Below, one piece after another: positions 51,950 through 62,077 of a DNA stretch of 64,000 nucleotides. The notes below the pieces were generated by a model that was not told the DNA's origin, made no database searches, and worked only from the letters and a program-made list of their open reading frames with translations. Both the position numbers and the translations under genes were made by a program. The first letter of the stretch is position 1. Each line of letters opens with the position of its first letter. Origin of the DNA: an uncultured Chthonomonadaceae bacterium (GTDB lineage Bacteria; Armatimonadota; Chthonomonadetes; Chthonomonadales; Chthonomonadaceae); the NCBI GenBank assembly GCA_963835065.1, contig CAWIEK010000049.1:32001-96000 (forward strand), written 5' to 3'.

Positions 51950-53167
51950 TCAGATTTTAATTTGAAACATACAGTATTCCAGAAACCGCAGCGCCCACGT
52001 CATAATCAGCAGTGTGACCACCATGATGAGAATGGCGGAAATGGGCAGGGAGCCGTTGACATCCATGCTCAATTGCGAGTGTCCGGGCTTGATGCTGTCA
52101 CCGGTAAAGTTCAAGTGCCCGATGAGTTTATCGAGCGCGGTCAGCGCGCCCGTCAGCACTTCTTTGAGATTCTCGAAATTCAGGAATACCATTATCGGAA
52201 TGGCGATGGTGACGAGCGGCGAGGCTAGTCCGTATTTTTGACGCTGATGCTCGTTGTAAATCACGCAGTTACGGCAGCGTTCGCGCTTTTGCCCTTCGGT
52301 CAGGTGCGGGTTGGTCGGGATGCGAACGCCGCGCGGCCCGGCTTTGGTGGGTATGTTGGGACGCGCCGCCTTCTCGCTGTTGGTAATCAGATCGCCGATA
52401 GGTACGAAACCCGCGCTTTGGGTCATATCAATAGGCTTGTTTTCGTCGCCGCCGGCGGCAAGGCGCAGAACGTTTTCCTCGCACATGCAGCCGACGCGCT
52501 GTTTCCAGCACTTCGTTCGCGCATGGTAAATGGGACATTTCACCCGGATACCTTCGCGGCAGAACGGCAACTGCCAGCATTTGGCAAACGCGCCGATTAA
52601 GGCGCCGCGCACTTCCTCCTGTGCCACGTCCTTGCCATAATTCATGTTGGCAAGGTCAACGCCCATCCGCGCATCACGGATACGCTGAATCATGTTCCAC
52701 AGGAACAGCAGGACGCCCGGTACGCCGATGAACGTCGCCGACTGCTTGATCTCCTGCATCGTGGCTTTCGCCGCGTCGCCGTTCACAAGGTTTCCTGATT
52801 GCGACCCCAGGTAGTCCAGCAGAAACTGAAGCCCGAACGCGAGAAAAGCCGCTACGACCAGCATGATGATGGCCGTCGCTTCATTCTCGTAAAACAGCAG
52901 GACGCCGCAGCCCAATGTCACCAGCAGGCTGATGTTAAGAATATTGGACGTGCTTTGTACCAGTTGAATCGCGTGAAGCCGGATTTCATGCGTAGTGTTG
53001 GCCTGTGCCAGCGCGCCGGAAAACAGGCCGTACAGCAGGTAGCCGAACGCGCCGACTGTCACGATTAAAGCAATTATAAACACCTTCGCCAGAATGTCAA
53101 TGACCGCCTGGGGAAGAAAATTTTCGGAAGAACCGTCCGCATGTGTAATGGTTGGCAAGGGAATCAC
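51950..53167 (-). CDS. Hypothetical membrane protein with a Cys-rich soluble domain
   Basis: About 4 N-terminal and 2 C-terminal TMs; CWQLPFC...CP...CWKQRVGCMC...CRNCVIY. Confidence 0.75.
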   Translation of the reverse strand: MIPLPTITHADGSSENFLPQAVIDILAKVFIIALIVTVGAFGYLLYGLFSGALAQANTTHEIRLHAIQLVQSTSNILNISLLVTLGCGVLLFYENEATAIIMLVVAAFLAFGLQFLLDYLGSQSGNLVNGDAAKATMQEIKQSATFIGVPGVLLFLWNMIQRIRDARMGVDLANMNYGKDVAQEEVRGALIGAFAKCWQLPFCREGIRVKCPIYHARTKCWKQRVGCMCEENVLRLAAGGDENKPIDMTQSAGFVPIGDLITNSEKAARPNIPTKAGPRGVRIPTNPHLTEGQKRERCRNCVIYNEHQRQKYGLASPLVTIAIPIMVFLNFENLKEVLTGALTALDKLIGHLNFTGDSIKPGHSQLSMDVNGSLPISAILIMVVTLLIMTWALRFLEYCMFQIKI

Positions 53168-53281
53168 CTGTTTCTACACGGCGCGGAAACTTTCTCCGCG
53201 CCTTCATAGGCAGAACAATAAAACGAACAGGCGCATGCGGCAAGGTCCTGATGCAATCGGAGGTTTCAGAGGCTCCGGGGA

Positions 53282-53848
53282 TTACTTGACGCGCTCCAGA
53301 TAGGTGTCAGAACGAGTATCAACCTTGACTTTATCGCCAATGTTGACGAAGAAGGGAACGTTAATCACCGCGCCGGTTTCCAGCGTGGCGGGCTTGGAGC
53401 CGCCCGAAGCGGTATCGCCCTTTACGCCCGGATCGGTATCCGTGACTTCCAATTCCATGAAGTTGGGAACTTCACAACTCAGGATTCTGCCGTCGTGTTC
53501 CACGACATTCACTTCCATACCGTCTTTGAGGTACTTGATGCCGTCGCCGAATGTGACTTTGCTGACGCTGGCTTGCTCGAAGGTTTCCGGGTGCATCAGG
53601 ACGTATTCATCATCCTGATGGTACAAAAACTGCATCGTGTGGCGGTCCAGAATCGCCTGCTCAAACTTTTCGCCCGCATTGAACGTGCGCTCTACCGTCG
53701 CGCCCGAACGCAGGTTGCGGAACTTGGTTCGCATCACCGCGCCGCCCTTGCCGGGCTTGTGGTGCTGAAACCAGATGATGGTGCATATATCGCCATCGAG
53801 AATAAACGAGAGGCCGTTTTTGAAGTCGGCGGTATCTACTTTGGGCAC
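53282..53848 (-). CDS. efp: Elongation factor P
   Basis: HHKPGKGGA, PGVKGDTASGGSKPATLETG, VPFFV; GTG start with GGAGG SD. Confidence 0.96.
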   Translation of the reverse strand: MPKVDTADFKNGLSFILDGDICTIIWFQHHKPGKGGAVMRTKFRNLRSGATVERTFNAGEKFEQAILDRHTMQFLYHQDDEYVLMHPETFEQASVSKVTFGDGIKYLKDGMEVNVVEHDGRILSCEVPNFMELEVTDTDPGVKGDTASGGSKPATLETGAVINVPFFVNIGDKVKVDTRSDTYLERVK

Positions 53849-54140
53849 GGTTGCTTCCTCCCGCAAGCGTCCTTGCCTGCTGCAATGGACAGTTCCCCTA
53901 CGGAAACGGCTTGCCGAATGATTTCACATTTTCGTGCCATTATAGCATAAACGTCCGCCCCTTCGCAACCGAGCAGGCATTGCAATCAACGCCGTCAACT
54001 TGCCGCCTGCCGGTCTTGTCAACGTATTTGACGGAACAAACCTGAAAAAGTTACGTAGAGTTTTGTTGCCTATGTGTTGATAGGTGTTAAACCTCGTATT
54101 GCCGTTTAACCGCGCTCTTTTCAGGTAGGCAACTATTCTC

Positions 54141-54824
54141 TTAGGCATCCTTCTTCTCCGAAAGGTTCATCCAAACTTCTTTATTATCTTCGGGTTCAAC
54201 CGATAGCCAGAAGTCGCCGCCACGCCGTATTTCTGCCTGTCGTTTTGTTGCATAGGGCCAGGTGATTGCGTTCGGCGGGTTCAAGAACTTGCGGTAGGCC
54301 ACGCTCATCTGTCGCGCCGCCTCGCTATATCCCATCCTGCCCACTCCCGTTCCCAAACCGGGACAAGCGACAATCTCAAGCGGACGGATTGCGCTTTGTT
54401 CAGCCTGTTTATTGAAGTTCCAGACCGCAAGCAGCATGGCCCACATGGCTAGATACACATTATCCGTTTTGGAAATCATCATTGGGACGCGCATAGTTGG
54501 CGTGTGAGCGAGATAGGGATGTGTCGCATGTCCGGTTTCTACAATCATGGACGTGCCAATCGGCTGTTCGCCTCGAAAATCCGTCAGGATGCGTTCTTGT
54601 ACCCGGCGCTGAAGCTGATCCCCAAAGTAATTCGTGATGGCAAGGTCAACCCCACCATCCATCAGGCCAAACGAATTCGCCGCGCTGACCATGCAGTCAA
54701 ACGCAGGCAAATGCTCAAAGGGCGCATTCACGATCTCAACATCAGGAAAGTCATGAAAATGTTCCTGAAAGCCGTAACACATGGCGCTGTTTGGATCCAC
54801 AAGGATCAATTTGAATTCAGGCAT
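54141..54824 (-). CDS. Macro-domain protein
   Basis: VSAANSFGLMDGGVDLAI, HTPTMRVP, CPGLGTGVG. Confidence 0.9.
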   Translation of the reverse strand: MPEFKLILVDPNSAMCYGFQEHFHDFPDVEIVNAPFEHLPAFDCMVSAANSFGLMDGGVDLAITNYFGDQLQRRVQERILTDFRGEQPIGTSMIVETGHATHPYLAHTPTMRVPMMISKTDNVYLAMWAMLLAVWNFNKQAEQSAIRPLEIVACPGLGTGVGRMGYSEAARQMSVAYRKFLNPPNAITWPYATKRQAEIRRGGDFWLSVEPEDNKEVWMNLSEKKDA

Positions 54825-54928
54825 ACGATATGTCTCCCGGTGTTCTTGTAGAAAAGCGGTTCTTTATATCATCTGTTGTCATGATTCTTCTTGACGCCCT
54901 GCTATTCCTGTGCAATCATAAAATTGCC

Positions 54929-56758
54929 ATGACCAACACCGAACACCGAACACCGAACACCTACAAAGTTCCCTTTGACAGCCTGACGTTGCGCGGCGTT
55001 GTTGCCGAACTATGCCCCTTGCTGATCGGCGGGCAGATTCAGGAGATACGGCAGCCTGCGCCTTCAGATATAACCCTCACTGTTCGCAATCTGAACAAAA
55101 CGTCTATGCTGCTGTTGTCTATTGATCCGCAGTTCGCCCGTGCTCATCTAACGACACGCCGCCGCGCCAATCCGCCCACGCCGCCCAACTTCTGCATGGC
55201 GCTGCGCAAATATCTGGAAGACGCCTGGATACGCGACATACGGCAAATCGGGTTTGACCGCATTTTAGAAATAGAAGCGGGGCCACGCAATCCTGAAGAC
55301 GACGCGCCGACATTTTCCTTAGTTGTGGAACTGATGGGTAAGCACAGCAACTTGATTCTGGTCAACGCCGAAGGCGCGATTCAGGACGCGGCCAAGCGAA
55401 TCAGCAAGCGCATCAACCGGGTTCGTGAAATCCTGCCCGGCCTGACCTATCAGCCGCCGCCCACGCAATCGGAAAAAGTCAGCCCGTTCGTTCGGGACGC
55501 CGTGCCGTTTCTGGTAAAAGAAATCGGCTCAAACCTGCACATAACGCGGCAGGAATTCGCCGGAATGTTGTCCTCGTTGTACGTCGGCATGTCGCCTTTC
55601 CTTGCGCGTGAAATGACCGAGCGGTTCGCCACACAAATAACGAATGCGCAGACGGTGGATAGTGATACGCTGAATGTGCCCTCTTCCAATGTAAAGGACG
55701 CATTGACAAAACTGTGGATGGCGACGCTTCACAGTTCGGATACGGGGCAAACATTCCGCCCCATTTTGGCGCGGAATGAAACCGGGCAGCCGTTGGGAGC
55801 CTACCCGATTTCCATTACGCACCTGCCCGATCTAAGGCAGGAACCTGTCCCTTCCTTAAACACCGCGCTTGACGATGCGTTTGTGTTTCAGGTGGAGCAG
55901 GCGGGGTTTCTTGCGGTTGCCGGTGAACTGCGCGGACAATTGCAGCAGGAGATTAAGCACACGGAGCGGCAGAAGCAGTCCGTGGAACGAACGCTTGCGG
56001 AAGCGGAACGAAGCGAGTATTACAAGCAGACAGGGGAGTTGATACTGGCAAACTTGTGGCAAATCCAATCCGGCAGCAGCGCGGTTGTGGTGCAGGACTA
56101 TTACGACCCCGCTTTCCCCGACCGAAGCATCGAACTGGATGCCCGATTAAACGGACAGGAAAACGCCGACCATTACTTCAAGCGTTATCGCAAAGCGCGG
56201 GACGCCGAAGAACGCGCTTTGGAAGAAAGCGTTCGCCTGACGGATCGCAGCGAAGAACTGCGCGTGGCAACCGCCGCCCTGAACAACGCCCGAACCGAAG
56301 AAGAACTAAAAGCGTTACGCGCCGACCTGCTTGCCCGTCATGTTCTGCGCCCGTCCCGCGACGGCAGCGACGATCCAAAACGCGCTAACGAACCCGATTT
56401 CGCCGGACACAAAATACGCCGCTATTCCGCGCAGGGCTTTGAGATACTCGTGGGCGAAACCGCAACCGCCAACGATTACCTGACCCTGCGCGTAGCCGCT
56501 CCCAACGACTGGTGGCTGCACGTTCGCGCTGCGGTCAGCGCCCACGTCATTGTCCGCTCGCATGGCAAGCCCTACGAAGTCCCGCGCCCGGTTCTGGAAC
56601 GCGCCGCTTTGATCTGCGCCCAGCACAGCCAGCAGAAACACTCTTCGCTCGTGTCCGTAGACTACACGCTCAAAAAGCACGTCCGCAAGCCGCGCGGTTC
56701 CGCCCCCGGAGCCGCCGACTACAAAAACGAGCAAACCTTAGACGTGATACCGGGATAG
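54929..56758 (+). CDS. rqcH: NFACT/Rqc2-family ribosome quality-control protein
   Basis: FDSL, FCMALRKYL, FDRI, ELMGKHSNLIL, ENADHYFKRYRK, NDYLT, WLH...SAHV, VDYT..KHVRKP. Confidence 0.9.
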   Translation: MTNTEHRTPNTYKVPFDSLTLRGVVAELCPLLIGGQIQEIRQPAPSDITLTVRNLNKTSMLLLSIDPQFARAHLTTRRRANPPTPPNFCMALRKYLEDAWIRDIRQIGFDRILEIEAGPRNPEDDAPTFSLVVELMGKHSNLILVNAEGAIQDAAKRISKRINRVREILPGLTYQPPPTQSEKVSPFVRDAVPFLVKEIGSNLHITRQEFAGMLSSLYVGMSPFLAREMTERFATQITNAQTVDSDTLNVPSSNVKDALTKLWMATLHSSDTGQTFRPILARNETGQPLGAYPISITHLPDLRQEPVPSLNTALDDAFVFQVEQAGFLAVAGELRGQLQQEIKHTERQKQSVERTLAEAERSEYYKQTGELILANLWQIQSGSSAVVVQDYYDPAFPDRSIELDARLNGQENADHYFKRYRKARDAEERALEESVRLTDRSEELRVATAALNNARTEEELKALRADLLARHVLRPSRDGSDDPKRANEPDFAGHKIRRYSAQGFEILVGETATANDYLTLRVAAPNDWWLHVRAAVSAHVIVRSHGKPYEVPRPVLERAALICAQHSQQKHSSLVSVDYTLKKHVRKPRGSAPGAADYKNEQTLDVIPG

Positions 56759-56759
56759 T

Positions 56760-56889
56760 TCACCACAGAGGCACAGAGACACAGAGGGGGCACAAGGAGA
56801 AAAGAACGGAAAAGGAAATGCGGTTCCTATCTCTCCTCTTCCCTTTTCTTCTCTGTGAGCCCCTCTGTGTCTCTGTGCCTCTGTGGTGA
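56760..56889. repeat. CACAGAG-family palindromic element between convergent rqcH and nadA
   Basis: Perfect 30-bp inverted arms tcaccacagaggcacagagacacagagggg. Confidence 0.88.
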
Positions 56890-56890
56890 G

Positions 56891-57987
56891 CTATGTGATG
56901 TTCAGCATCCGGGTCAGGGAGGTTCGGGCATCGTGGGCGATTTCCGGCTTTACGCGGACTTGATTGACGATTTTGCTCTGCACCAGATTTTCCATTGTCC
57001 AGAGCAGATAGCCGGGATGGATGCGGTACATCGTGGAGCAGGGGCATACGACTGGGTCAAGGCAGAAAATCGTTTTGTCCGGCATCTCCTGTGCCAGTCG
57101 GCTGACGAGGTTGATTTCGGTTCCCACTGCCCATGTTGTGCCCGCAGGCGCTTTGCGGATCGTGTCGAGGATGTATTCTGTCGAGCCGTTCAGGTCTGCC
57201 GCTTTGACCACTTCCAGCGAACATTCCGGGTGAACGATGGCCTGAACGCCGGGAAATCCTGCCGCGCCTTTGCAATCTGTTCTACCGTAAAGCGGGCATG
57301 AACCGAACAGTGCCCTTTCCATAGCAGCACTTTCTTGTTGGCAATGTCTTCGGGCGTGTTGCCGCCCATCGGCTTGTGCGGATCCCACAGCAGCATATCG
57401 CGGTCAGGGTCCAGTCCAAGCGCCACGCAGGTATTGCGCCCAAGATGCTGATCGGGGAAGAACATCAGTTTTTCGCCATTGGCAAATGCCCATTCGATCA
57501 CCTTGCGCGCATTGGAAGATGTACAGCACGCCCCGCCATTGCGCCCGACAAACGCCTTGATTGCGGCTGTTGAATTAACGTAAGTAATCGGCACGATTTT
57601 ACCGGTGTCCGTCACACTCGCAATGTTGTCCCATGCATCCTGAACCTGCCCGATGTTTGCCATGTCCGCCATCGAACAGCCCGCGCTCATGTTGGGCAAA
57701 ATCACAACCTGCTCGTCCGTCGTCAGAACATCGGCGGACTCGGCCATAAAGTGAACGCCGCAGAAAATAATCGTTTTCGCTTCCGGGTGCTGCGCAGCTA
57801 GTTGAGACAGTTTCAGACTGTCTCCCCTAAAATCCGCCCACTTGATAATCTCGTCGCGCTGGTAATGATGCCCCAAAATAATCAAGTCTTCGCCAAGACA
57901 GCGGCGGGCATGGGCAATCCGCGCGTCCGTTTCTTCCTGTGTAAGCCGGGTAAGTTCTATCGGCAAGGGCTGTTGAAACATAATCAC
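56891..57987 (-). CDS. nadA: Quinolinate synthase (frameshifted near 57250)
   Basis: ILGHHYQ, GDSLKLS, FCGVHFMAESA, GCSMADM, YVNS, PDQHLG, GHCSVH; HPEC, GSTEYI and CSTMYRI in the adjacent frame. Confidence 0.93.
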
Positions 57988-57988
57988 C

Positions 57989-58360
57989 TCACTCCTCAGT
58001 TCGCTGCCGCGTTATCTCCACGCCAACCGCGCCCACAATGGCGTTCATCGGCGGCAGCAGTTTGCGAACGCATAACTTTGTCGCTTGAACTTGTACAAAA
58101 TGCTCAAAAATCGTCTGCGCCATCTGATCGGCCAGCCGCTCCAACAGGTGGAATTGCGTTTGGGTTCCCATTTCCACAAGGATTTGCGCGACTTCGGCAT
58201 AGTTGACGGTATCGCTTACCGCATCACTGGCAATCGCGGCCCGCGTATCTACTATCATACGAACATCCACGCGGTAGCGATGCCCCACCGCCTGTTCTGC
58301 GTCAGGAACGCCGTGAAATCCGTAAAATTCCAGCCCTTCTATCAGAATGGTGTCCGCCAT
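57989..58360 (-). CDS. folB: Dihydroneopterin aldolase
   Basis: DTILIEGLEFYGFHGV, SDAVSDTVNY, LLERLA, VGVEITR. Confidence 0.92.
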   Translation of the reverse strand: MADTILIEGLEFYGFHGVPDAEQAVGHRYRVDVRMIVDTRAAIASDAVSDTVNYAEVAQILVEMGTQTQFHLLERLADQMAQTIFEHFVQVQATKLCVRKLLPPMNAIVGAVGVEITRQRTEE

Positions 58361-58613
58361 TGTCCGTTCGCCTATTTCCTTAATATACGCTTGCAAATGG
58401 CGCTTTTATCGAAACGTCGGCGCAGGCCGTAACGTATGCACAGTTAATCCAACGGAATAGTCAACAAGGTATGATACAGAGTATTGTACCAGATGCAGGC
58501 GGCATGGTTTCGCCTGTTGTGCCGCTCGAAGCCGGTGTTCCACTGGTTTCGCAGACTGTTGACAACCGCGAGTAAATTCCGCATAATGCTTGCAGCCATT
58601 CGGTGTTGCCTTC

Positions 58614-59789
58614 ATGCCACTATTGAGCAAAGAAACTCTGATACCTCCGGCAAACGCGCAGGTCTTGCGCGTACGCAAGGACAGGCGCACCAAGAACCTG
58701 ACGCGACGCTTGCGCCCCGGCGACATTGCGATTATCCATCATGCCGATTTGGATACCACCGCCGCCCGCGCTCTGGTGGACGCGCATGTCGGCGCGGTTG
58801 TCAATGCTGAAATGAGCATTACGGGACGCTATCCGAATCGCGGTCCGAACGTGCTGCTGGAAGCGGGCATTCCTCTGCTGGATAACATCGGGAGTGAAGC
58901 GTTCGATGCCATTCCCGACGACGGCGCGGTGACACTGAGCGGTGATTGCCTGCGCCTTGAAAACGGAACCTGCATCCACGGAACCCTGCTGACGGCTGAA
59001 CTTGTCGCGCAGCAAATGGAAGCCGCCCGCGCAAATCTAAGCGTGGAATTGGACCATTTCGCCCGCAACACGCTGGAATACCTGAACAATGAAAAGGCGC
59101 TGCTGTTTGATCCCGTAGACGTGCCGCGCTTGAAAACCAACTTCAAGGACAAACATGTTCTCATTGTGGTGCGCGGCGAGGGTTATAAAGACGACCTGGC
59201 TCTTCTCAATCAATACCTGCGCGACGTTCGTCCCGTCCTGCTGGCGGTAGATGGCGGCGCGGACGCTTTGCTGGAAGCCCGCCTGCGCCCGGATATTATT
59301 TTGGGCGATATGGACAGCGTCAGTGACGCCGCCCTGCGCTGTGGCGCTGAAATCATCGTGCATGGGTATGCGCGGGGGGATGAGCGGGGCGCTCCCGGTA
59401 TGGAGCGGATGCAGCAATTAGGGATTAATGCGACAGTCTTCCACGCGGCGGGTACAAGTGAAGATGTTGCTATGCTGCTTGCCGATGAACTGGGAGCGCA
59501 GTTGATTGTCGCTGTCGGGACGCATTTCAGTTTGGAAGATTTTCTGGATAAGGGCCGGCGCGGCATGGCAAGCACGTTTTTGACGCGCCTGCGCATCGGC
59601 TCGAAACTGGTGGACGCCAAAGGCATTGCCCGCCTGTGGAAAGGCGGCAGCCGAATCAATGTCGGCGGCATAGCGCTGGTTGTCTTCGCGGCGGCAACGC
59701 CGATTGTCGCCACGTTTCTCCTCACATCAGGAGGACAAACCCTGCTGCAAGCGTTAGGCGTCTGGTTTCGTATTCACTTTCACCGGTAA
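58614..59789 (+). CDS. steA: SteA-like protein (thiamine-pyrophosphokinase-like domain, C-terminal TM)
   Basis: DRRTKNL.RRL.PGDIAII.H.DLD, GRYPNRGP, VDGGADALL, GDMDSVSD, FLDKGR.GMASTFLTRL. Confidence 0.85.
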   Translation: MPLLSKETLIPPANAQVLRVRKDRRTKNLTRRLRPGDIAIIHHADLDTTAARALVDAHVGAVVNAEMSITGRYPNRGPNVLLEAGIPLLDNIGSEAFDAIPDDGAVTLSGDCLRLENGTCIHGTLLTAELVAQQMEAARANLSVELDHFARNTLEYLNNEKALLFDPVDVPRLKTNFKDKHVLIVVRGEGYKDDLALLNQYLRDVRPVLLAVDGGADALLEARLRPDIILGDMDSVSDAALRCGAEIIVHGYARGDERGAPGMERMQQLGINATVFHAAGTSEDVAMLLADELGAQLIVAVGTHFSLEDFLDKGRRGMASTFLTRLRIGSKLVDAKGIARLWKGGSRINVGGIALVVFAAATPIVATFLLTSGGQTLLQALGVWFRIHFHR

Positions 59790-59833
59790 ACTTATACACC
59801 GGCTCGAACAATAACTTCAAGAAGGTTTAACTT

Positions 59834-60346
59834 ATGGCGATAGCGTTTGCAATTTTGCTGCTGCTTTTGGGAACCGTAGCGATGCTTGCCGCAACGGTGA
59901 TGATGTCGGCGCGTAAGGCGGTCAAGTCGTTTCTGGACGGGTTTCCGCGCCAACTCCATGCGCTCATGGCCGAGTCGGACCCGAAAGTAAAGAAGTCACT
60001 GGAAATGCTGGAACGCCTGCCCAAAATCAGCCTTGCGGTGGGCGGCGCGGGGCTGGCTTTTTTTCTGGTGGGCGTGTACCTGACACATTCCGTCGTGGCG
60101 CAGATCATTCTGCTCGTTTTGGGCGCGATTGTGGCGCTGCTGGTCTTCAAGTTCCGTGACCGATTGACGCCCCTGCTGAAAAAGCAATTGACGGATCAGA
60201 TGAAAAAGCAGGCCGCCAAACAGCCGCCCATGACCCCGCAGCAGATACGTAAAAGTATGCAGGACGCCCGCAGCGCCGTTCGTCCCGCCAACACGCCGCC
60301 AAGCAACCGTCAGCAGCGGCGGGAAGCGCAAAGGAAAAAGCAGTAG
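59834..60346 (+). CDS. Hypothetical membrane protein
   Basis: Three hydrophobic segments and a basic C-terminal tail. Confidence 0.6.
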   Translation: MAIAFAILLLLLGTVAMLAATVMMSARKAVKSFLDGFPRQLHALMAESDPKVKKSLEMLERLPKISLAVGGAGLAFFLVGVYLTHSVVAQIILLVLGAIVALLVFKFRDRLTPLLKKQLTDQMKKQAAKQPPMTPQQIRKSMQDARSAVRPANTPPSNRQQRREAQRKKQ

Positions 60347-60347
60347 C

Positions 60348-61301
60348 ATGGGGCTTGGCTTCAAATACCATGTGGTGACAATCGCCGCCATTTTCTTCGC
60401 GCTGACAATCGGGCTGGTTGTCGGCAGCCTGTTCGGGTCGCCTCGCGTTCCGCAAACAACGATGATTGCCATTGAAGCCCTGAAAAGATCGCAGGCCGTT
60501 CTGGAAAAGAATACCAATGATGTGAAGCAGGAGCGCGACGCCCTGCAAGTGTGCCTGCATCAATCCCTGCCTTTTGCGCTGAAAGGAAAATTGAGCGGGC
60601 TTTCCCTTGCCGTCGTGCAAACTTCAGCCGATGCCGGGGAACTGACTTCGGATGTACGCGATACTTTGGCGCAGGCCGGGGCAAGAATTATTTCCGTGAC
60701 GCTGTTGGAGCGCCCTTTCGAGCAGCCGGACGAACTGCTTTTGCCCCGCTTAAACGCGCAAAAAGGAGCCAATTCCCGCTTCCCTGCGGACCGCGCGGAA
60801 CTTGCCACGCGCATAGCCTCTATTTTACAGTCCGGCGAGTCGGTTCCTGCGCCACCTGTCAATACTTCATCTGGCGACAACAATCCGTCGTCCGGTAACG
60901 CGCCCGCCAATACAAATCTCGGTTCCGGCAATCCTGATGCCAATACCACCAACGCCAACAACGGAGCCGTTACAGGCGTTCTGATGCCGCAATTGCAGGA
61001 TGCCGGACTGCTTCACATTGAGCCGGATAGCCGTTATGATGTTCCGGTTCGTATCGTTATACTGCTGACCGGCAGCCACAGCGAAGCGACCAGCCTTGCG
61101 CAGAATGTGGACGTGCCCTTGATTGCCGCCCTGCAAAAAACGGGAATTACCGTGTACGCCTGCGAAGCGCAGGATGTGACCACTTCCAGTTTCACCGCGT
61201 ACCGCGCGGCTTCGCTGCAAGTGACAACCGTAGACCGCGCCAACACCGATCCCGGACGGTGGCAGTTAATTTCCGCCCTTTCCAGCCCCACATCCCAATG
61301 A
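60348..61301 (+). CDS. SteB/MctB (DUF3186)-like protein
   Basis: FKYHVVTIAAIFFALTIGLVVG, coiled coil, VTTVD....PG; follows steA. Confidence 0.8.
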   Translation: MGLGFKYHVVTIAAIFFALTIGLVVGSLFGSPRVPQTTMIAIEALKRSQAVLEKNTNDVKQERDALQVCLHQSLPFALKGKLSGLSLAVVQTSADAGELTSDVRDTLAQAGARIISVTLLERPFEQPDELLLPRLNAQKGANSRFPADRAELATRIASILQSGESVPAPPVNTSSGDNNPSSGNAPANTNLGSGNPDANTTNANNGAVTGVLMPQLQDAGLLHIEPDSRYDVPVRIVILLTGSHSEATSLAQNVDVPLIAALQKTGITVYACEAQDVTTSSFTAYRAASLQVTTVDRANTDPGRWQLISALSSPTSQ

Positions 61302-62077
61302 TTTCCGTCATCATCCCTGCCTACAACGAATCGGAGCGCATTGCCGCAACCCTGCAAGCGATACGCGCCCTGCCCGAAATCAGTGAAATCGTTGTCGTAG
61401 ACGATGGTTCGACGGACGACACTGCCGGATGCGCCGAATCTGCGGGAGCGGATGTGGTGTTACGGCAAGCCAACGGCGGCAAGGGCGCAGCGCTGCAAGC
61501 CGGATTCGCCATGACGAGCGGCGATATTCTGCTGCTTTTAGACGCGGATTTAGGCGAAACGGCTGCCGAGGCAGGCAAGCTGATTGCGCCCCTGCTTGCA
61601 AACGAGGCGGACATGAGCATTGCCACGTTTCCCGTGATTCCCGGCAAGGGCGGCGGCGTAGGATTGGTTGTCCAACTGTCGCGCTGGGGTATTCGTAAAC
61701 TGACCGGGCGGACGATGCAGGCTCCGCTTTCCGGGCAGCGCGCGGTACAGCGCGAGGTGATTACAAACGGCGGCGGGTTTGCTTCGGGGTGGGGCGTGGA
61801 AGTGGCGCTCACGGTACGCGCCTTGCAGCAGGGGTATCGGGTTGTGGAAGTCCCGACAGAAATGACGCACCGGGTCACGGGCAGGACATGGGGCGCGGTT
61901 TTGCACCGGGCAAAGCAGTTTACGGCGGCAGGTCGTGTGCTATTGCGTCTCCGGCTTCATCCCGCCCCACGTATCACACGGAGTGAGTTGAAAGCCTTGC
62001 CGTCAGATACGAACCCTGTGTCAGATACTACCCCCGCCCCGCCTGTCACGCCCTTACCCGGAAAGGAACAGCCGTAA
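61298..62077 (+). CDS. Glycosyltransferase family 2
   Basis: VIIPAYNE, VVDDGSTD, NGGKG, LDADL, PLSGQRA. Confidence 0.92.
   Translation: MISVIIPAYNESERIAATLQAIRALPEISEIVVVDDGSTDDTAGCAESAGADVVLRQANGGKGAALQAGFAMTSGDILLLLDADLGETAAEAGKLIAPLLANEADMSIATFPVIPGKGGGVGLVVQLSRWGIRKLTGRTMQAPLSGQRAVQREVITNGGGFASGWGVEVALTVRALQQGYRVVEVPTEMTHRVTGRTWGAVLHRAKQFTAAGRVLLRLRLHPAPRITRSELKALPSDTNPVSDTTPAPPVTPLPGKEQP

Noticed and set aside
54929..56758. Functional link between RqcH (uses tRNA-Ala(UGC)) and the accessory tRNA-Ala
   Set aside because: They are 25 kb apart with unrelated housekeeping genes between; nothing in the sequence connects them.
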